Assembly (NCBI GenBank): GCA_036837375.1
Contig: DAITIG010000003.1
Location: 2,255-66,254, forward strand
Length of the DNA: 64,000 bases
Direction: 5' to 3'
Source of the DNA: Dysgonamonadaceae bacterium
GTDB lineage: Bacteria > Bacteroidota > Bacteroidia > Bacteroidales > Dysgonomonadaceae
The notes below the pieces were generated by a model that was not told the DNA's origin, ran no database searches, and saw only the letters and a program-made list of their open reading frames with translations. Positions 62,219 through 64,000 of the stretch are shown piece after piece (position 1 is the first letter of the stretch; every line of letters starts with the position of its first letter). The position numbers and the translations under genes were made by a program.

Positions 62219-62473
62219 GCTGTATGGAAGGGATACCGATCAACGCAACAGAAAAATGTAAAAAAAATTATATTTGCCATTGCCATATGTTTATTACTGT
62301 TACAAAAAAGAGGAAAATCAATGGGAAAATATTTGCAGCCACTTTTTTTTGCTTACTTTTACCCACTGAACGGTTCGTTTTTATTTGCCACAGAAGATGA
62401 CATGGCATCATTAAACCTACCGGAAAACAGGAAAGGTACAAGAAAAGGTACGACAGAAAACAGAAAACAGATT

Positions 62474-63574
62474 ATGTACAAGACATTCATATTGTTTACT
62501 TTATTAATGATAAGCCTCCCCACTCTACTGCCGGGACAGCAATCAACCGCACAGCAACTGGTGGATGAAGGAGTGGCTTTGCATGATCAGGGGGAATATG
62601 AAAAGGCAATGGCAAAATACCGGGAGGCGTTGGCACACGACCCCGGACTGATGCAAGCGGTATATGAGATGTCGCTTACTTCTCTCGAAATGGAAGATTA
62701 TGCCGGTGCCGAAAAGTACAGCAGTGAGGTGATCAATAGCAATGATCAAAAATTGGGACCGGGGGCCTATGCAGTGAAAAGCGAGGCACTCATGAAAACC
62801 AATCGTTCTGAAGATGCCATTGCACTCCTCCATGAGGGATTGAAGAGATATGGTGAGGGATATCTGCTCCACTTTAACCTGGCACTGAACTATTACAAGA
62901 GTGGTGAACAGGAGAAAGCGTTGTTGCATGTCAGCAGGGCAATCGACCTGGACAAGAGTCACAGCGGTGCATTTTTATTGAACGCCTATCTTCTGAAGGA
63001 CAGTGGATTATGGGTTCAGAGCATCCTCTCTTTTCAAATGTTCCTCCTGTTAGAGCCAGACAGTGAACGATCGAAGAACGCCTTTGAGGAAATGCTGCAA
63101 ACAATGTCTATTAAAGAGAGAGAGGAACCGTTACAACGCTCATTCATTCAGCAACAGATGATCCGCAACAGACCTGCACAAGTGAAACAGGCCGAATCAA
63201 CACCACCGCTCACACCAGAGGATGGCCTCGATCGCAGTCTTGTGTACCAGGCCATTCAAGCCACTCTCGACTCACTCCAGACCTTGGACAACGAAACTGA
63301 CCCTTTTTTGCTGTTCGCAACCGTGAACCGCTCAATCATGAAAGTGCTTGAAGCGGAAAGCATCGGTCCGAAGGAGGGCATTCTATGGACCTATTACATT
63401 CCTTTCTTCACCCACATTGAACAGTCGGACTATTACGAAACCTATTGCCGTTACATCAGTGTCTCATACTACCCGGAATCACTACAATGGTGGCAGGAAA
63501 ACGAGGAGGCCGCGGGGGATTTTGTGCAATGGTTTGAAAATGGAGATGCGATTCGAGCGGGAAGCAAAAAATAG
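62474..63574 (+). CDS. Secreted TPR protein
   Basis: Signal peptide MYKTFILF...; EGVALHDQGEYEKA and LHFNLALNYY TPR repeats. Confidence 0.85.
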   Translation: MYKTFILFTLLMISLPTLLPGQQSTAQQLVDEGVALHDQGEYEKAMAKYREALAHDPGLMQAVYEMSLTSLEMEDYAGAEKYSSEVINSNDQKLGPGAYAVKSEALMKTNRSEDAIALLHEGLKRYGEGYLLHFNLALNYYKSGEQEKALLHVSRAIDLDKSHSGAFLLNAYLLKDSGLWVQSILSFQMFLLLEPDSERSKNAFEEMLQTMSIKEREEPLQRSFIQQQMIRNRPAQVKQAESTPPLTPEDGLDRSLVYQAIQATLDSLQTLDNETDPFLLFATVNRSIMKVLEAESIGPKEGILWTYYIPFFTHIEQSDYYETYCRYISVSYYPESLQWWQENEEAAGDFVQWFENGDAIRAGSKK

Positions 63575-63600
63575 TTACCTTTGCTTTGAATGCCACACCT

Positions 63601-64000
63601 ATGGAAATGATTAACGAGGAAACCTTACTTGAAGCACTACGAGATCCGCGAACCGTCAGAGAAGCGTTTGCCAGTCTGGTTGCTGCATACAGTGAACGGC
63701 TCTACTGGCAGATACGTAAGATGGTGCTCTCGCACGATGATGCCGATGACATCCTCCAGGATGTATTTGTGAAAGCCTGGTTGAACCTGGAGAACTTCAG
63801 GGGGGATGCCAGGCTAACCACCTGGCTTTATCGCATTGCCATCAACGAGAGCATCACGTTCCTTAACAAGAAGCGCAGCCAGAACAATATCTCGATCGAT
63901 GAAGATGATTCATTCCTGATCAACGTGTTGGAGAGCGATGAATATTTTGATGGTGATGAGGCAGCTCTTCAGTTACAGAAAGCGATCCTTACGCTACCGG
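63601..64000 (+). CDS. ECF sigma-70 factor (truncated by the window end)
   Basis: MEMINEE...YSERLYWQIRKMV..HDDADDILQDVFVKAW..F..TWLYRIAINES region 2; -7 element TACCTTTG at 63576-63583. Confidence 0.9.
   Translation, partial: MEMINEETLLEALRDPRTVREAFASLVAAYSERLYWQIRKMVLSHDDADDILQDVFVKAWLNLENFRGDARLTTWLYRIAINESITFLNKKRSQNNISIDEDDSFLINVLESDEYFDGDEAALQLQKAILTLP

Overview
Core chromosomal region of a Bacteroidales bacterium. The gene content and the many TAnnTTTG -7 promoter elements fit this; the Dysgonomonadaceae/Proteiniphilum-like placement is inferred from protein style. It holds about 53 CDS, mostly housekeeping: prs, pyrF, prfA, purM, gyrA, secA, lnb, rpmE2, cinA, serS, tilS, pheS, sufB, ung, asnA, pyrD/pyrK, holA, amn, panB, gcvP, rsmG, cydAB, ald, fba, malQ and a partial ECF sigma factor. 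I saw no rRNA, tRNA, CRISPR array, transposase or integrase. Signals not shown by the ORF track: (1) a 28-bp XerCD dif-like site at 8820-8847, with 34 of the 45 genes to its right pointing towards it, so this is probably the replication terminus; (2) an AT-rich ~590-bp spacer with about 10 degenerate WWACAAATGTWW palindromes upstream of an uncharacterised XRE-HTH gene, the best candidate for an undescribed terminus-linked protein/site-array system; (3) a 40-codon 3' remnant of prmA; (4) a shared AAC-N16-TTGTT alternative-sigma-like promoter at several stress/envelope genes; (5) a LacI-type operator upstream of malQ; (6) a catalytically degenerate alkaline-phosphatase-fold gene between lnb and secA; (7) a low-GC AAA+/DUF4143 gene inserted between pyrK and the HTH gene. 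All family assignments come from recognising motifs by eye; no searches were run.
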